Shown one piece after another: positions 47,648-57,438 of a DNA stretch of 64,000 bases (position 1 is the first letter of the stretch; each line of letters starts with the position of its first letter). The notes below the pieces were generated by a model that saw only the letters and a program-made list of their open reading frames with translations, ran no database searches and was not told the origin of the DNA. The DNA lies in the NCBI GenBank assembly GCA_035299465.1, contig DATGWN010000047.1, forward strand, positions 716 to 64,715. The letters run 5' to 3'. Source of the DNA: Acidobacteriota bacterium. GTDB taxonomy: Archaea; Nanobdellota; Nanobdellia; Woesearchaeales; DATGWN01. Both the position numbers and the translations under genes were made by a program.

Positions 47648-48692
47648 ATTGTTTAGCAGTGTCGATAATTCTTTTCGATTGATCTAATTCTGCAATGAAT
47701 CGATCGTAATTGAGCCCACGGGCGCCAAAGAATGCGCCGACCATCGAGCCAGTCGTGTCGCAATCACCGCCGTATGAAATCACATCCAAAAGTGCGTTCA
47801 TGCTGGGCTTGTTATAATAATGAAGCATCGCATGCAACGAGAACGGATACGCTTGCGTCACGACAGATCCTGCACCAAATCGTTTGTACGATTCGCCGAT
47901 AGGTTTTTTGTAATTCTCACAGACCCATGCAATCCTAGACGTGAGATTACCGACATTGTCATCCATTTTTGAGAGCAACGACTCATAATGTTCGCATAAT
48001 CGAAATATCGATTTTGCAGTGAGCCGCACGTCCAATTCAGAAAGCGCGTAATAGATGAGTTTTTGCTGCAAAATGCCGCTGACAACAGAACGTGTGTCAA
48101 GATGCGTCATGCGCGCAACTTCCATCGCGTAGACTGTGCAGTCGACGTTTGACTCGACCGCTGATGCACCGTTCTCTTCACGTGCGTGTTGAAACACTCC
48201 CAAAGGCGCCATCATCATGCAAGGTCCTGTACCAGGTCCGCCGATAACTCCGCTTTGCGACGGATGAATTCCTTTTCTGATGTTTTCCATGGCGAGTCGC
48301 GTCGTTTGACCAAAGCCCGAGTATTCGCCGCACATCTTGTTTCTCTCATCGAAAGATATGAGCCGTCGTTGGGCGAGGTCTTCGAGATTCATGCCGGCAT
48401 GGTTTAGCGAATCTGCAAGGTCTAGTGAACAAATCGTGTCATCAGTCCACATGCCTTTTTTGAGCGGAGCATTCCACTGTTTAACAAGACCAAATTCATC
48501 TTTGAGAATTCTCTCGCCGTCTGGGTCAACTGGCAGCTGGGGATCTAGCAGGCGCGACACTCTGCCACCTAAGACATACTTCACAATCTGCTGTGGTTTC
48601 CATCCTTCTACGGGCATGCCTAATGCATCACCTACGGCGATTCCTAGAAATATCTGCTTGTACAATTCTTCGTAATCAGATTTTTGTCGCAT
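47628..48692 (-). CDS. ADP-ribosylglycohydrolase-family protein
   Basis: 'GIAVGDALGMPVEG' and 'GMWTDDTIC' motifs. Confidence 0.75.
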   Translation of the reverse strand: MRQKSDYEELYKQIFLGIAVGDALGMPVEGWKPQQIVKYVLGGRVSRLLDPQLPVDPDGERILKDEFGLVKQWNAPLKKGMWTDDTICSLDLADSLNHAGMNLEDLAQRRLISFDERNKMCGEYSGFGQTTRLAMENIRKGIHPSQSGVIGGPGTGPCMMMAPLGVFQHAREENGASAVESNVDCTVYAMEVARMTHLDTRSVVSGILQQKLIYYALSELDVRLTAKSIFRLCEHYESLLSKMDDNVGNLTSRIAWVCENYKKPIGESYKRFGAGSVVTQAYPFSLHAMLHYYNKPSMNALLDVISYGGDCDTTGSMVGAFFGARGLNYDRFIAELDQSKRIIDTAKQFVATKK

Positions 48693-48734
48693 GTGTTAAA
48701 TAGTGTAATATGTACACATTAATATAGTTTTGCG

Positions 48735-49328
48735 TTATTTGTTTATTGTTTGTTGCTGCGTGCCGTTAAAGATTACATTCTGCTGGTTCTCGTGCGGTTT
48801 CATTTTTCCACCGTACTGCAAAAGAGGAATGTTGTCTCCAAATGCGTGTCGGAGCCGCTCTATGCTTTGCTCAAACAGGCCGGCGGCGACTTGCCTTGGC
48901 GAGTATGCAAATGTTATGCCTACGTCGTCGTTATTTCCTTTGATCTGCAATCCGAACTCATATGGTTGAGTTGCGGATTCATTAAAGAGCAGTCTTATGC
49001 CATTTTTGTTTTGATAACCGACGATTTTTTCTAGATTCACTTGTGCACTTTGCGATTGTTGATTAGTGCTTGGATTTAGCTGGTATTCTTTTGCGACTTG
49101 CTCTTTTGTCATACGCGTGTAGTCGCGCGCCATTTCACATGTTTGCACAATGTTTTCTCCTGTCGCTTGTCGGCAAGATATTTGTATTCTGGTGATGATG
49201 ACTTCAAGTTCTCCGATGCCTATCGGCTCTACACCGGTCGAATGAAAACCCCGATAGACGCCTTCGAATCGATCTGATCCTCTGACTAGCGATTTTCGCT
49301 CAAGAAAGTATCGTAACGTGCCTAACAT
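48735..49328 (-). CDS. hypothetical protein
   Basis: 197-aa ORF. Confidence 0.5.
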   Translation of the reverse strand: MLGTLRYFLERKSLVRGSDRFEGVYRGFHSTGVEPIGIGELEVIITRIQISCRQATGENIVQTCEMARDYTRMTKEQVAKEYQLNPSTNQQSQSAQVNLEKIVGYQNKNGIRLLFNESATQPYEFGLQIKGNNDDVGITFAYSPRQVAAGLFEQSIERLRHAFGDNIPLLQYGGKMKPHENQQNVIFNGTQQQTINK

Positions 49329-49520
49329 TTGTCAGAGGATTTTCTTCCGGTTTAAATGGCCTCTTGTACGAGCATTTCACGAATAGCTTTATAAACCAAC
49401 CCGAGTTCTTTCCTACATAACCAATGATTTATGACGGTTTGACGCAATCGTGCGGCAGACTCGAGAGAGGTCAATACTTCTCAACATTAATCGTAAACGG
49501 TAACCTACGAGGAAAAACAT

Positions 49521-49862
49521 ATGGCAAAAAAAGAATTGTCTAAAGAACAATCAGAAGACGCACTTCGACTTATCGAAGTAATCAGAGCTAACGGCAAAGT
49601 AAGAAAAGGAACAAACGAAGTCACTAAGGCAATCGAGCGAAATCAAGCTAAGCTTGTCGTTATCGCTAAAGACGTTTCACCAGCTGAATTAGTCATGCAC
49701 CTTCCACTTTTGTGCGAAGAAAAGAGTGTACCATGCGTAGTAGCAGGTTCACGCGAAGAACTCGGCGCAGCAGCAGGTCTTACAGTAGGAACTGTCGCAG
49801 TAGCAATCACTGAAGACGGAAGCTCAAAAGCAGACTTACAAAAGTTCGTAGACAGCCTATAG
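49521..49862 (+). CDS. rpl7ae: ribosomal protein L7Ae (also snoRNP/RNase P component)
   Basis: '[26 protein letters not shown]'. Conserved L7Ae-S28e-L24e-ndk archaeal cluster. Confidence 0.9.
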   Translation: MAKKELSKEQSEDALRLIEVIRANGKVRKGTNEVTKAIERNQAKLVVIAKDVSPAELVMHLPLLCEEKSVPCVVAGSREELGAAAGLTVGTVAVAITEDGSSKADLQKFVDSL

Positions 49863-49872
49863 GTACATACCC

Positions 49873-50142
49873 ATGGCAGACAAACCAACACAAGCACCTA
49901 AGCAGGAATCATCCGCACCACGTGGTGGCGGAATCAGCTTCACAGAAGCAGTTCCAGCAACGGTTGAAGAGATCATCGGAAGAACAGGTATGCGTGGCGA
50001 AGCAGTGCAAGTCCGTGTCAAAGTTCTCGACGGTCGAGACAAGAACAAGATCATCAGACGAAACGTGAAGGGTCCAGTTAGACTAGGCGACACAATGATG
50101 TTGCGAGAAACTGAATTCGAAGCACGACCACTCAGCAGGTAA
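49873..50142 (+). CDS. rps28e: ribosomal protein S28e
   Basis: '[38 protein letters not shown]'. Confidence 0.85.
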   Translation: MADKPTQAPKQESSAPRGGGISFTEAVPATVEEIIGRTGMRGEAVQVRVKVLDGRDKNKIIRRNVKGPVRLGDTMMLRETEFEARPLSR

Positions 50143-50147
50143 AGACA

Positions 50148-50342
50148 ATGGTAAAATGCAGTTTTTCAGGTAAGACGATACCACCAGGACAGGGCATCAT
50201 GTATGTTCAAAACGACGGTCGTGTCTATTACTTCATCAACAAGAAGGCAGAGCGAAACATGCTCAAGCTCGATCGCAAGCCTCGTACAACGAAGTGGACT
50301 GAAGAATATCACCGATTGAAGCGTGATACGAAGAAACAATGA
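50148..50342 (+). CDS. rpl24e: ribosomal protein L24e
   Basis: 'KCSFSGKTIPPGQGIMYV..DGRVYYF'. Zn-ribbon Cys mostly substituted. Confidence 0.8.
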   Translation: MVKCSFSGKTIPPGQGIMYVQNDGRVYYFINKKAERNMLKLDRKPRTTKWTEEYHRLKRDTKKQ

Positions 50343-50842
50343 TTGAACGAACTCTCGTTTTACTCAAACCAGATGCAGTCGCTCGTCAATTAAACGGTCA
50401 AATCATCACGCGCTTTGAGACGGCAGGATTGAAGATCGTGGGCCTAAAGATGGTCCATGTCGACAAGAACTTCGCCAAGACTCACTACCGTGAAGACGAT
50501 ATCGCAAAACGACGCGGCTACGACGTATGGGAGCAAAACCTGGAATTCCTTTCTAAAGGTCCAGTCGTCGCTCTCGTACTTGAAGGCATCAACGCAATCG
50601 CAAACGTGCGAAAGATCGTCGGAAGCACAGAGCCAAGCGCAGCTGCGCCAGGCACTATCCGAGGAGATTTCTGTCACGCGACGTTTGCTCCGGCAAACGC
50701 AAACAAGCGCGCGGTGGCTAACGTCATCCACGCTTCCTCGTCAGTTGACGATGCGAAAGTCGAGATTTCCGTCTGGTTCAAACCAAGCGAGATTCATTCA
50801 TACAAAACAGTGCACGAACACTACATGCACCACACATTTTAG
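50339..50842 (+). CDS. ndk: nucleoside diphosphate kinase
   Basis: 'ERTLVLLKPDAV', 'NVIHASSS' active-site His. Overlaps the upstream stop. Confidence 0.9.
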   Translation: MIERTLVLLKPDAVARQLNGQIITRFETAGLKIVGLKMVHVDKNFAKTHYREDDIAKRRGYDVWEQNLEFLSKGPVVALVLEGINAIANVRKIVGSTEPSAAAPGTIRGDFCHATFAPANANKRAVANVIHASSSVDDAKVEISVWFKPSEIHSYKTVHEHYMHHTF

Positions 50843-50850
50843 AGGTAACA

Positions 50851-53046
50851 ATGGCAACAGACAAAATGGTTGATCGCGTTCAGCGCATCATCAAAAATCC
50901 AGATCAGATTAGAAATATCTGTACGTCAGCCCACATCCACCACGGTAAAACGGCTTTCACAGATAACCTCCTTGCAGCATCAGGTCAAATGGCGGCTAAA
51001 TTCGCCGGTGACCTAGAGCAAGGTATGGCGACGTGGCAACACGCAGACGAACAAGAACGACTTATGACAGTTGACGCGGCAAACGTATCAATGGTCCACG
51101 AGTACAACGGCAAAGAATTCCTCATCAACTTGATTGATACGCCAGGTCACGTAGACTTCGGTGGTAACGTCACTCGAGCGATGCGAGCAATCGACGGTAC
51201 AATCGTTCTCGTTTGTGCAGTCGAAGGTTTCATGCCGCAGACTGAAACGGTCTTGCGACAAGCTCTCAAGGAAAGAGTCAAGCCTATCTTGTTCATCAAC
51301 AAAGTAGACCGACTCATCAAAGAAGTCAAGATGACGCCAGAGTCCATGCAAGCACGCTTCATGGAAATCTTCAAGGAATTCAACCAGATGATCGACAAGA
51401 TCGCTGAACCAGAATTCGCAGCACAATGGAAGGTCGACATCCTCAACGGTTCAGTCGCGTTCGGTTCCGCACGTGATAACTGGGCAATGAGTGTCCCATT
51501 CATGAAGAAGAAGGGCGTTTCATTCAAGGATGTCCTTAACATCTACGAACTCGACGAACAAGCTCGAAAAGACTGGTGCTGGAAAAATGCTCCTCTTTTT
51601 GAAGTCATCCTAGACATGGTAGTTGGTCACTTGCCAACTCCACAACAAGCGCAGCGCTACAGAATCCCTAAGATCTGGCACGGCGATTTGGAATCAGACT
51701 TCGGTAAGGATTTGATCACGTGTAACACTGCAGGGAAACCAGCATTCTGTATCACGCGTATCGTCATCGACCCACGATCAGGTAAAGAAATCTCGGCAGG
51801 ACGTTTGTTCTCAGGTAAACTTGCAGATGGTATGGAAGTCTATCTGAACCTTGCAAAGAAGCGACAGCGAATCCACCAAGTCCTCGTCTATAACGGTATC
51901 AAACCAGAACCGGTTGGCGAAATCACTGGCGGGAACGTACTTGCGATCACTGGTGTCGTTGGTGAAGCGGGAGAAACAATCACGCTCAATCCAGAAACTC
52001 CATTCGAAGAACTCAAACACATCTTCGATCCGGTCATCACGAAAGCGATCAAGGTCAAAAACCACCTCGACTTGCCAAAACTCGTCGAAGTATTGCAAAA
52101 AGTTGCAAAAGAAGACCCATCAGTCAAAGTCCAGATGGACCAGAAGACTGGTGAAAACTTGCTTTCAGGTATGGGTGAGTTGCACTTAGAAATCATCGAA
52201 GGACGTATCAAGACTGAAAAAGGTGTCGAAGTTGAAACTTCAAACCCAATCATCATCTATCGTGAATCGATCACTAAGGCATCGCCAGAATACGAAGGTA
52301 AGTCGCCGAACAAGCACAACAAGTTCTACTTCAGAGTCGAACCAGTTGAGCCATCGGTTGTCGAAGCAATGTCATTTGGTAAGTTGACAAACCAACACGT
52401 CAAAGGTAAGGACTTGGCTTTACGTCAAATATTCCTCGACGCTGGTTACGAAACGAAGCAAGCTGACGCTGTCAAGGCAATCTACAACGGTAACTTGTTC
52501 ATCGACGAAACTCGTGGTCAAATCTACATGATGGAAGTCATTGAGATGTTGCTCGAAACGTTCGAAGACGTCATGAACAATGGTCCAGTCGCTCGTGAGC
52601 CATGCTTCGGTGTCAAAGTCATCATGACTGATATGAAGCTACACGAAGACGCGATCCACCGTGGTCCGGCACAAGTCTATCCTGCGGTCCGTGAAGGTAT
52701 CCGTGGTGCAATGGTCAATGCAGGTCCAACGTTGTTTGAGCCACAGCAAATCTTATTGATTGAAGTCCCTAACGAATACATGGGAGAAATCAGTAAGCTT
52801 GTCTCATCCAAGCGCGGTCAATTGCTCGATATGACTCAAAGCGCAGATCAAGCGAACATCAAGGCGAAGATGCCGGTCATGGAACTCCTTGGCTGGTCTA
52901 GCGACTTGCGTTCTGCAACATCAGGTCGAGGTATCTCCTCACTTGTCGATCAAAGCTTTGAACGATTGCCTAACGAAATCCAAGGCAAGGTCAGACAGCA
53001 GATCATGCAGCGAAAAGGCTTGAACGAAAGCCAAGTCGGTATCTAA
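50851..53046 (+). CDS. fusA: translation elongation factor 2 (aEF-2)
   Basis: 'IRNICTSAHIHHGKT', 'NLIDTPGHVDF', 'NKVDRL', diphthamide-region 'DAIHRGPAQV'. Followed by an oligo-T terminator. Confidence 0.9.
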   Translation: MATDKMVDRVQRIIKNPDQIRNICTSAHIHHGKTAFTDNLLAASGQMAAKFAGDLEQGMATWQHADEQERLMTVDAANVSMVHEYNGKEFLINLIDTPGHVDFGGNVTRAMRAIDGTIVLVCAVEGFMPQTETVLRQALKERVKPILFINKVDRLIKEVKMTPESMQARFMEIFKEFNQMIDKIAEPEFAAQWKVDILNGSVAFGSARDNWAMSVPFMKKKGVSFKDVLNIYELDEQARKDWCWKNAPLFEVILDMVVGHLPTPQQAQRYRIPKIWHGDLESDFGKDLITCNTAGKPAFCITRIVIDPRSGKEISAGRLFSGKLADGMEVYLNLAKKRQRIHQVLVYNGIKPEPVGEITGGNVLAITGVVGEAGETITLNPETPFEELKHIFDPVITKAIKVKNHLDLPKLVEVLQKVAKEDPSVKVQMDQKTGENLLSGMGELHLEIIEGRIKTEKGVEVETSNPIIIYRESITKASPEYEGKSPNKHNKFYFRVEPVEPSVVEAMSFGKLTNQHVKGKDLALRQIFLDAGYETKQADAVKAIYNGNLFIDETRGQIYMMEVIEMLLETFEDVMNNGPVAREPCFGVKVIMTDMKLHEDAIHRGPAQVYPAVREGIRGAMVNAGPTLFEPQQILLIEVPNEYMGEISKLVSSKRGQLLDMTQSADQANIKAKMPVMELLGWSSDLRSATSGRGISSLVDQSFERLPNEIQGKVRQQIMQRKGLNESQVGI

Positions 53047-53050
53047 ACCG

Positions 53051-53093
53051 ATTTTTTTCTTTTTATTTTCCTTCTTTTTTTTCTGATAATAGA
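53051..53093 (+). terminator. oligo-T archaeal terminator after aEF-2
   Basis: 'TTTTTTTCTTTTTATTTTCCTTCTTTTTTTTC' immediately 3' of the stop. Confidence 0.5.
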
Positions 53094-53151
53094 TTTATAC
53101 AAGACACAATTTACAGAATATTATTTTGCCCGCAGAATCTACGTGCAATAA

Positions 53152-53562
53152 TTAGAAGTCTTGATGTCTTAACTCGTAGGCAGAATGTCCAAACGTTATT
53201 GCCTTGGCGCGGTACGCTGGCACTCGGATTCTTGCGCCGATCGTCTTACCAAGGAATGCGTCAAAATTCGCTTGCATCATATCAGGTCCGCTCGTCCACG
53301 TGTGCAACTGAAATCCAAATGTATGATTGTAATCCATGGTGACGGTGACTTGCCGTGTGAAAAATCCAGGTGCGATTCTATATCCTGTGAGCATGCCTTG
53401 GATGTCGACTTCTTGATCGAATGAATAGCGACGTTCGTTTTTTACGACGTCAGCAAGCGAGAGTACTTTTGGCTGGCTCGGTGTTTGCGGCAGTGTGAAA
53501 TAGATGTGTGGAATTCTGTGTGCTTCTAAACTTATCATCGAACCGTCTACGTCTTTTGCCAT
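53152..53562 (-). CDS. hypothetical protein (paralog 1 of tandem pair)
   Basis: 136 aa. Shares 'P.PKV.S..D.V' N-terminal and 'A.A..FG..A..L' C-terminal motifs with the next gene. Confidence 0.5.
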   Translation of the reverse strand: MAKDVDGSMISLEAHRIPHIYFTLPQTPSQPKVLSLADVVKNERRYSFDQEVDIQGMLTGYRIAPGFFTRQVTVTMDYNHTFGFQLHTWTSGPDMMQANFDAFLGKTIGARIRVPAYRAKAITFGHSAYELRHQDF

Positions 53563-53564
53563 CG

Positions 53565-53957
53565 TTATACCAAATCAAACGCTTTACTTCCAAAATAAAG
53601 TGCCTGCGCTCGTCGGCTGTGTGTGTTAATGTTCGCAGCCATCACTTTGCCCGTATATGCATTCGTCCAAACGTACAAACGATCCATATCTCCGGATAGA
53701 GGATGGATTTCAAAATGAAGCCATAATTTCGTCGTATTTTCGTAAAGAACCAGACTCACTCGTTTCTCCAACAACCCTTCGCCTACGGAACACTGGAATA
53801 GTCGACCAGCAACAGTCGCATAGTCAGGCAAGTTTCGATTAAGAACAATATCTGTGACGGAATATACTTTTGGCCGTGCAGGAGTAACAATTCGTGGAAC
53901 TGTTCCAAGTACTTCGCCAAAATCTCCGCGATCCATACTGCAATCAAGTAACTCCAA
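53565..53957 (-). CDS. hypothetical protein (paralog 2 of tandem pair)
   Basis: 130 aa, 3 nt from paralog 1. Confidence 0.5.
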   Translation of the reverse strand: MELLDCSMDRGDFGEVLGTVPRIVTPARPKVYSVTDIVLNRNLPDYATVAGRLFQCSVGEGLLEKRVSLVLYENTTKLWLHFEIHPLSGDMDRLYVWTNAYTGKVMAANINTHSRRAQALYFGSKAFDLV

Positions 53958-54008
53958 TCATTTAAACCTTTCTTCAGGTTTTATATAATACAAACATATC
54001 CCCGTGTC

Positions 54009-54461
54009 ATGCTTGAGAAGATTGCGGCAGCAGATACGTTCGTGGAAAATTCTGTTTGGAATTTAGTGGACGCACATTCGTATTTTATCGGCGGCAAAGA
54101 AAATGCGGCTGCGTTCACCATGTACTTGACTAGCGTTGGTTCGTACGCAGTAAAATATCGAGACGTGGATGAAACGTTAGGTGTGGCACTGCAAAGCGGA
54201 CATATTTTTCTTATGTATTTTCTAATGAAAAACGGAGTGCGGGCAGCACAGCATGCATTCGGCGGTTCTTCGCTTTCAGACGCGTTTGATCTGGGCATGA
54301 CGGCTTTGCAGGTATCCATGAAGGCGGTAGCGTACATCACGATAATCAAGACGATACCGTCGCTTGCTCAACAACAATATATGGCGGCTGCACAGGCGGC
54401 GCTTTTCTCTATATCACTCTATTGTCTTGGATTACCGCTTCGCGCAGAAACGAAAAAATAA
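54009..54461 (+). CDS. hypothetical protein
   Basis: More protein-like than the overlapping minus-strand ORF at 53981-54349. Confidence 0.3.
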   Translation: MLEKIAAADTFVENSVWNLVDAHSYFIGGKENAAAFTMYLTSVGSYAVKYRDVDETLGVALQSGHIFLMYFLMKNGVRAAQHAFGGSSLSDAFDLGMTALQVSMKAVAYITIIKTIPSLAQQQYMAAAQAALFSISLYCLGLPLRAETKK

Positions 54462-54509
54462 GAATATAAGATGAAAAAATGAAAGAAGATGAAAAAATGA
54501 AAAAAGACT

Positions 54510-54749
54510 TTATTTTCTTTTCTTTAGCAAGTAGTAGATAATCGCTGTGACCCAAGAGCCGATTACTGCAGCGACGGTCCAGATAATTTTTTCTTCTTGC
54601 TTTGCTTTGAGAACTTTCCAAACATCGTAGATGACCCAGATCATTGCCGCGATGCTCACTAACCATATTAATTGGCCGCCCATGCCGCCAACGCCGTACC
54701 ATAAAAACATACTATTACCCCCGAACCATGTTCGTGAATGGTTTCTCAT
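54510..54749 (-). CDS. small two-TM membrane protein (PLDc_N-like)
   Basis: 'LIWLVSIAAMIWVIYDVWKV' plus a second TM helix. Start probably at the internal 'MFLWYG' (about 54710). Confidence 0.4.
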   Translation of the reverse strand: MRNHSRTWFGGNSMFLWYGVGGMGGQLIWLVSIAAMIWVIYDVWKVLKAKQEEKIIWTVAAVIGSWVTAIIYYLLKKRK

Positions 54750-54778
54750 TTAGGCATATATAAATTTTCGCCAGTTAT

Positions 54779-55618
54779 ATGAGATTGTATGTGTTTTCAT
54801 GTGTTTTCGCATATGCGACGAGGACTAACTTTAAAAAGCACCTCGGAGACAGAGTATTTAGCATGGTCCGTTTATTTTTATCAAACATTGGTTACTGCCA
54901 AAATTTGACTGGGTCATTGTTTGGCTATACTAAATTCTGGAAACGATTCTTTGGGCATGATAAGGTCCTATCAGACATCTCTTCAACTATTGCTAAGTCC
55001 AAAGCGGATGTCGCTGCAATCATCGAGGTCGACAACGGCAGCTTTGGTGTAGACCAGCTTGCAACTCTTGGTAAATCGACGGGACTTTCTCATAAATTCT
55101 CCGACGTGAAATATCAGCCACAGGGTTTAGGTATGCTATTTAGACAGATCCCAGTCCTCAAGAATCAAGGTAATGGAGTTTTGTCCAAGTTTCCGCTCAC
55201 GCAGACTGAGTCTAAATTCTTCTCATCTGGCGCAAAGCGATTATTCATACAGACTGTCATACACACGCCAGATCCGGTGACGATGCTTGTTGTCCACTTG
55301 GCACTTGACGAAGCTACGAGAAAAGTACAGTTCAAAGAACTTCTTGCCGCAGTACGGACTCTAAAGACTCCCTATATAATAGTGGGAGACTTTAACGCAC
55401 ACGGTTCAGAAATTGATGCGTTCTGCCACGCGGCGGGTGTCGTCAATACACACAGTTCGCTCGCATCGCCGTATACGTTCCCACGCTATCAGCCGTCCAA
55501 ACAGATCGACTATATTCTTGTATCAAAAGAGATTTCGATCTCTTGTCCGCAAGTAATTTCTGAGTCGCATTCTGACCATTTAGCGCTTTGCGTGGACATT
55601 ACTGTTAGTCGACCTTAA
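54779..55618 (+). CDS. endonuclease/exonuclease/phosphatase (EEP) family protein
   Basis: 'YIIVGDFNAHG' and 'SDHLAL' EEP motifs. Start may be at the internal 'MVRLF' (54863). Confidence 0.7.
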   Translation: MRLYVFSCVFAYATRTNFKKHLGDRVFSMVRLFLSNIGYCQNLTGSLFGYTKFWKRFFGHDKVLSDISSTIAKSKADVAAIIEVDNGSFGVDQLATLGKSTGLSHKFSDVKYQPQGLGMLFRQIPVLKNQGNGVLSKFPLTQTESKFFSSGAKRLFIQTVIHTPDPVTMLVVHLALDEATRKVQFKELLAAVRTLKTPYIIVGDFNAHGSEIDAFCHAAGVVNTHSSLASPYTFPRYQPSKQIDYILVSKEISISCPQVISESHSDHLALCVDITVSRP

Positions 55619-55772
55619 TTTTACGCTAGGGCCCCGACGGTACGCCTCACCACAACCTTTATAAAGAGGCGGTCTTTTCTGAATAGAGTCGCAAACTCTT
55701 GGTTAAATGGGGGAGTGGCACATCGCACACAAATGCGGTATCCAAATTACGAATTATTAGGAGGAAAACCTT

Positions 55773-57065
55773 ATGGCACGAGCAAAAGAACACATCAACC
55801 TGATTTTTATCGGGCACGTTGACCACGGTAAGTCAACATCAGTCGGTCGACTCATGTTCGACGCAGGCTTCATCGACGAAGTTACAATGCGAAAGTTGAA
55901 AGAAAAAGCACAATCACTTGGTAAAGCTGGTTTCGAATTCGCCTATGTTATGGACGAATTGAAAGAAGAACAAGAACGTGGTGTCACTATCGACCTCGCT
56001 CACAAGAAGTTCGAAACTAAGAAGTACGACTACACTATCATCGACGCACCAGGTCACAAAGACTTCATCAAAAACATGATCACTGGCGCATCACAAGCAG
56101 ACGCAGCAGTTCTAGTCTGTGCAGCACCAGAAGGTGTCTCACCACAAACTCGAGAACACGCATTCTTGTCAAAGACTTTCGGTGTCAAACACCTTATCGT
56201 CGCAATCAACAAGATGGACATGGTCAAGTACGACCAAGCTAAGTTCAATGCAGTCAAAGCTGATGTTGAAACTGTCCTCAAGAACGCAGGCTGGAGACCA
56301 GACCAAATCTTGGCTTTCGTCCCTACTGCAGCATTCGTTGGTGACAACGTTTTCAAGAAGTCAACTAACATGCCTTGGTACACTGGAAAGAGCATCTTCG
56401 AATTGATGGATGATATCCCAGCACCAACTAAGCCAACAGACAAACCATTACGACTCCCAATCCAAGACGTCTATACTATTACAGGTATCGGAGCAGTCCC
56501 AGTTGGTAAAGTTGAAACTGGTATCATGAAGGTTAACGACAAAGTTGTTGCAGTCCCAGGCCGTGAAGGTAAGGGTGTTCTTGGCGATGTCAAGACAATC
56601 GAAATGCATCACTCACAAGTCCAATCAGCAGAACCTGGTGACAACATCGGTTTCTCAATCAGAGGCTTTGGTGCTAAAGACGTAGCTAAGGGCGATGTCA
56701 TCGGTCACCAAGACAACTGGCCAACGGTAGCTGAAGAGTTCACAGCACGAATCATCGTCTTGAACCACCCATCCGTTATCACGATCGGTTACACTCCAGT
56801 ATTCCACATCCACACTGCACAAGTTGCTTGCCAAGTTATTGCAATCGAAAAGAAGCTTAACCCAGCAACTGGTGAAGTTCTTGCGGAAAATCCAGACTTT
56901 ATCAAGAATGGAGACGCTGCAGTCGTACGACTCAAGCCAACAAGACCACTCGTCATCGAAAAGTCAGCAGACAACCCGCAAATGTCACGATTCGCAATCC
57001 GCGATTCAGGTGCAACAGTTGCAGCTGGTATGTGTATTGACATTAAGCCTAAGAAGCTCAATTAA
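55773..57065 (+). CDS. tuf: translation elongation factor 1-alpha (aEF-1alpha)
   Basis: 'GHVDHGKST', 'DAPGH', 'NKMD'. AGGAGG RBS 8 nt upstream. Confidence 0.95.
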   Translation: MARAKEHINLIFIGHVDHGKSTSVGRLMFDAGFIDEVTMRKLKEKAQSLGKAGFEFAYVMDELKEEQERGVTIDLAHKKFETKKYDYTIIDAPGHKDFIKNMITGASQADAAVLVCAAPEGVSPQTREHAFLSKTFGVKHLIVAINKMDMVKYDQAKFNAVKADVETVLKNAGWRPDQILAFVPTAAFVGDNVFKKSTNMPWYTGKSIFELMDDIPAPTKPTDKPLRLPIQDVYTITGIGAVPVGKVETGIMKVNDKVVAVPGREGKGVLGDVKTIEMHHSQVQSAEPGDNIGFSIRGFGAKDVAKGDVIGHQDNWPTVAEEFTARIIVLNHPSVITIGYTPVFHIHTAQVACQVIAIEKKLNPATGEVLAENPDFIKNGDAAVVRLKPTRPLVIEKSADNPQMSRFAIRDSGATVAAGMCIDIKPKKLN

Positions 57066-57077
57066 CTAGGGATTACG

Positions 57078-57386
57078 ATGCCAAAAGCAAGAATCAAACT
57101 GGTAAGCACGGAAATAGATAAGATCAATCAAGTCTGTGACTTTATCAGAAGTATTGCAGAAAAAACTGGCGTTGAAATCCGTGGTCCGATCCCATTGCCA
57201 ACAAAGAAACTTCGAGTAACAACTCGAAAGTCTCCTTGTGGCGACGGTAAAGCAACGTGGGAACGCTACGAAATGCGAATCCACAAGCGCTTGATCGACA
57301 TGGGCATTGACGAACGAGCTCTTCGAATGGTCATGCGTGTCGAGATCCCAAAGGGTCTTAACATCGAAATCGAAATGATTGAATAA
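57078..57386 (+). CDS. rps10: ribosomal protein S10
   Basis: '[49 protein letters not shown]'. Confidence 0.9.
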   Translation: MPKARIKLVSTEIDKINQVCDFIRSIAEKTGVEIRGPIPLPTKKLRVTTRKSPCGDGKATWERYEMRIHKRLIDMGIDERALRMVMRVEIPKGLNIEIEMIE

Positions 57387-57403
57387 ATTTTTTCTTTCCT
57401 TTC

Positions 57404-57418
57404 TATAATTTTATAAAA
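57404..57418 (+). promoter_or_regulatory. TATA box ('TATAATTTTATAAAA') about 28 nt upstream of ATG 57439, after a T-rich terminator of the S10 transcript
   Basis: AT-rich element at the canonical archaeal distance. T-tract at 57387-57402. Confidence 0.4.
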
Positions 57419-57438
57419 CTTAAAGGATTCCCTCGTCT

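Noticed and set aside
49329-49520. Possible C/D-box sRNA in the 192-nt spacer upstream of L7Ae ('AATGATTTATGACGG...CTCGAG')
   Set aside because: C box (RUGAUGA) and D box (CUGA) matches are imperfect and lack the terminal stem and paired C'/D' boxes. More simply explained as divergent promoter region containing two TATA-like elements.
53981-54349. Minus-strand 122-aa ORF overlapping the 54009-54461 plus ORF
   Set aside because: Mutually exclusive with the plus-strand ORF. The minus translation is Cys/Ala/Ser-rich and less protein-like. Kept the plus ORF at low confidence instead.
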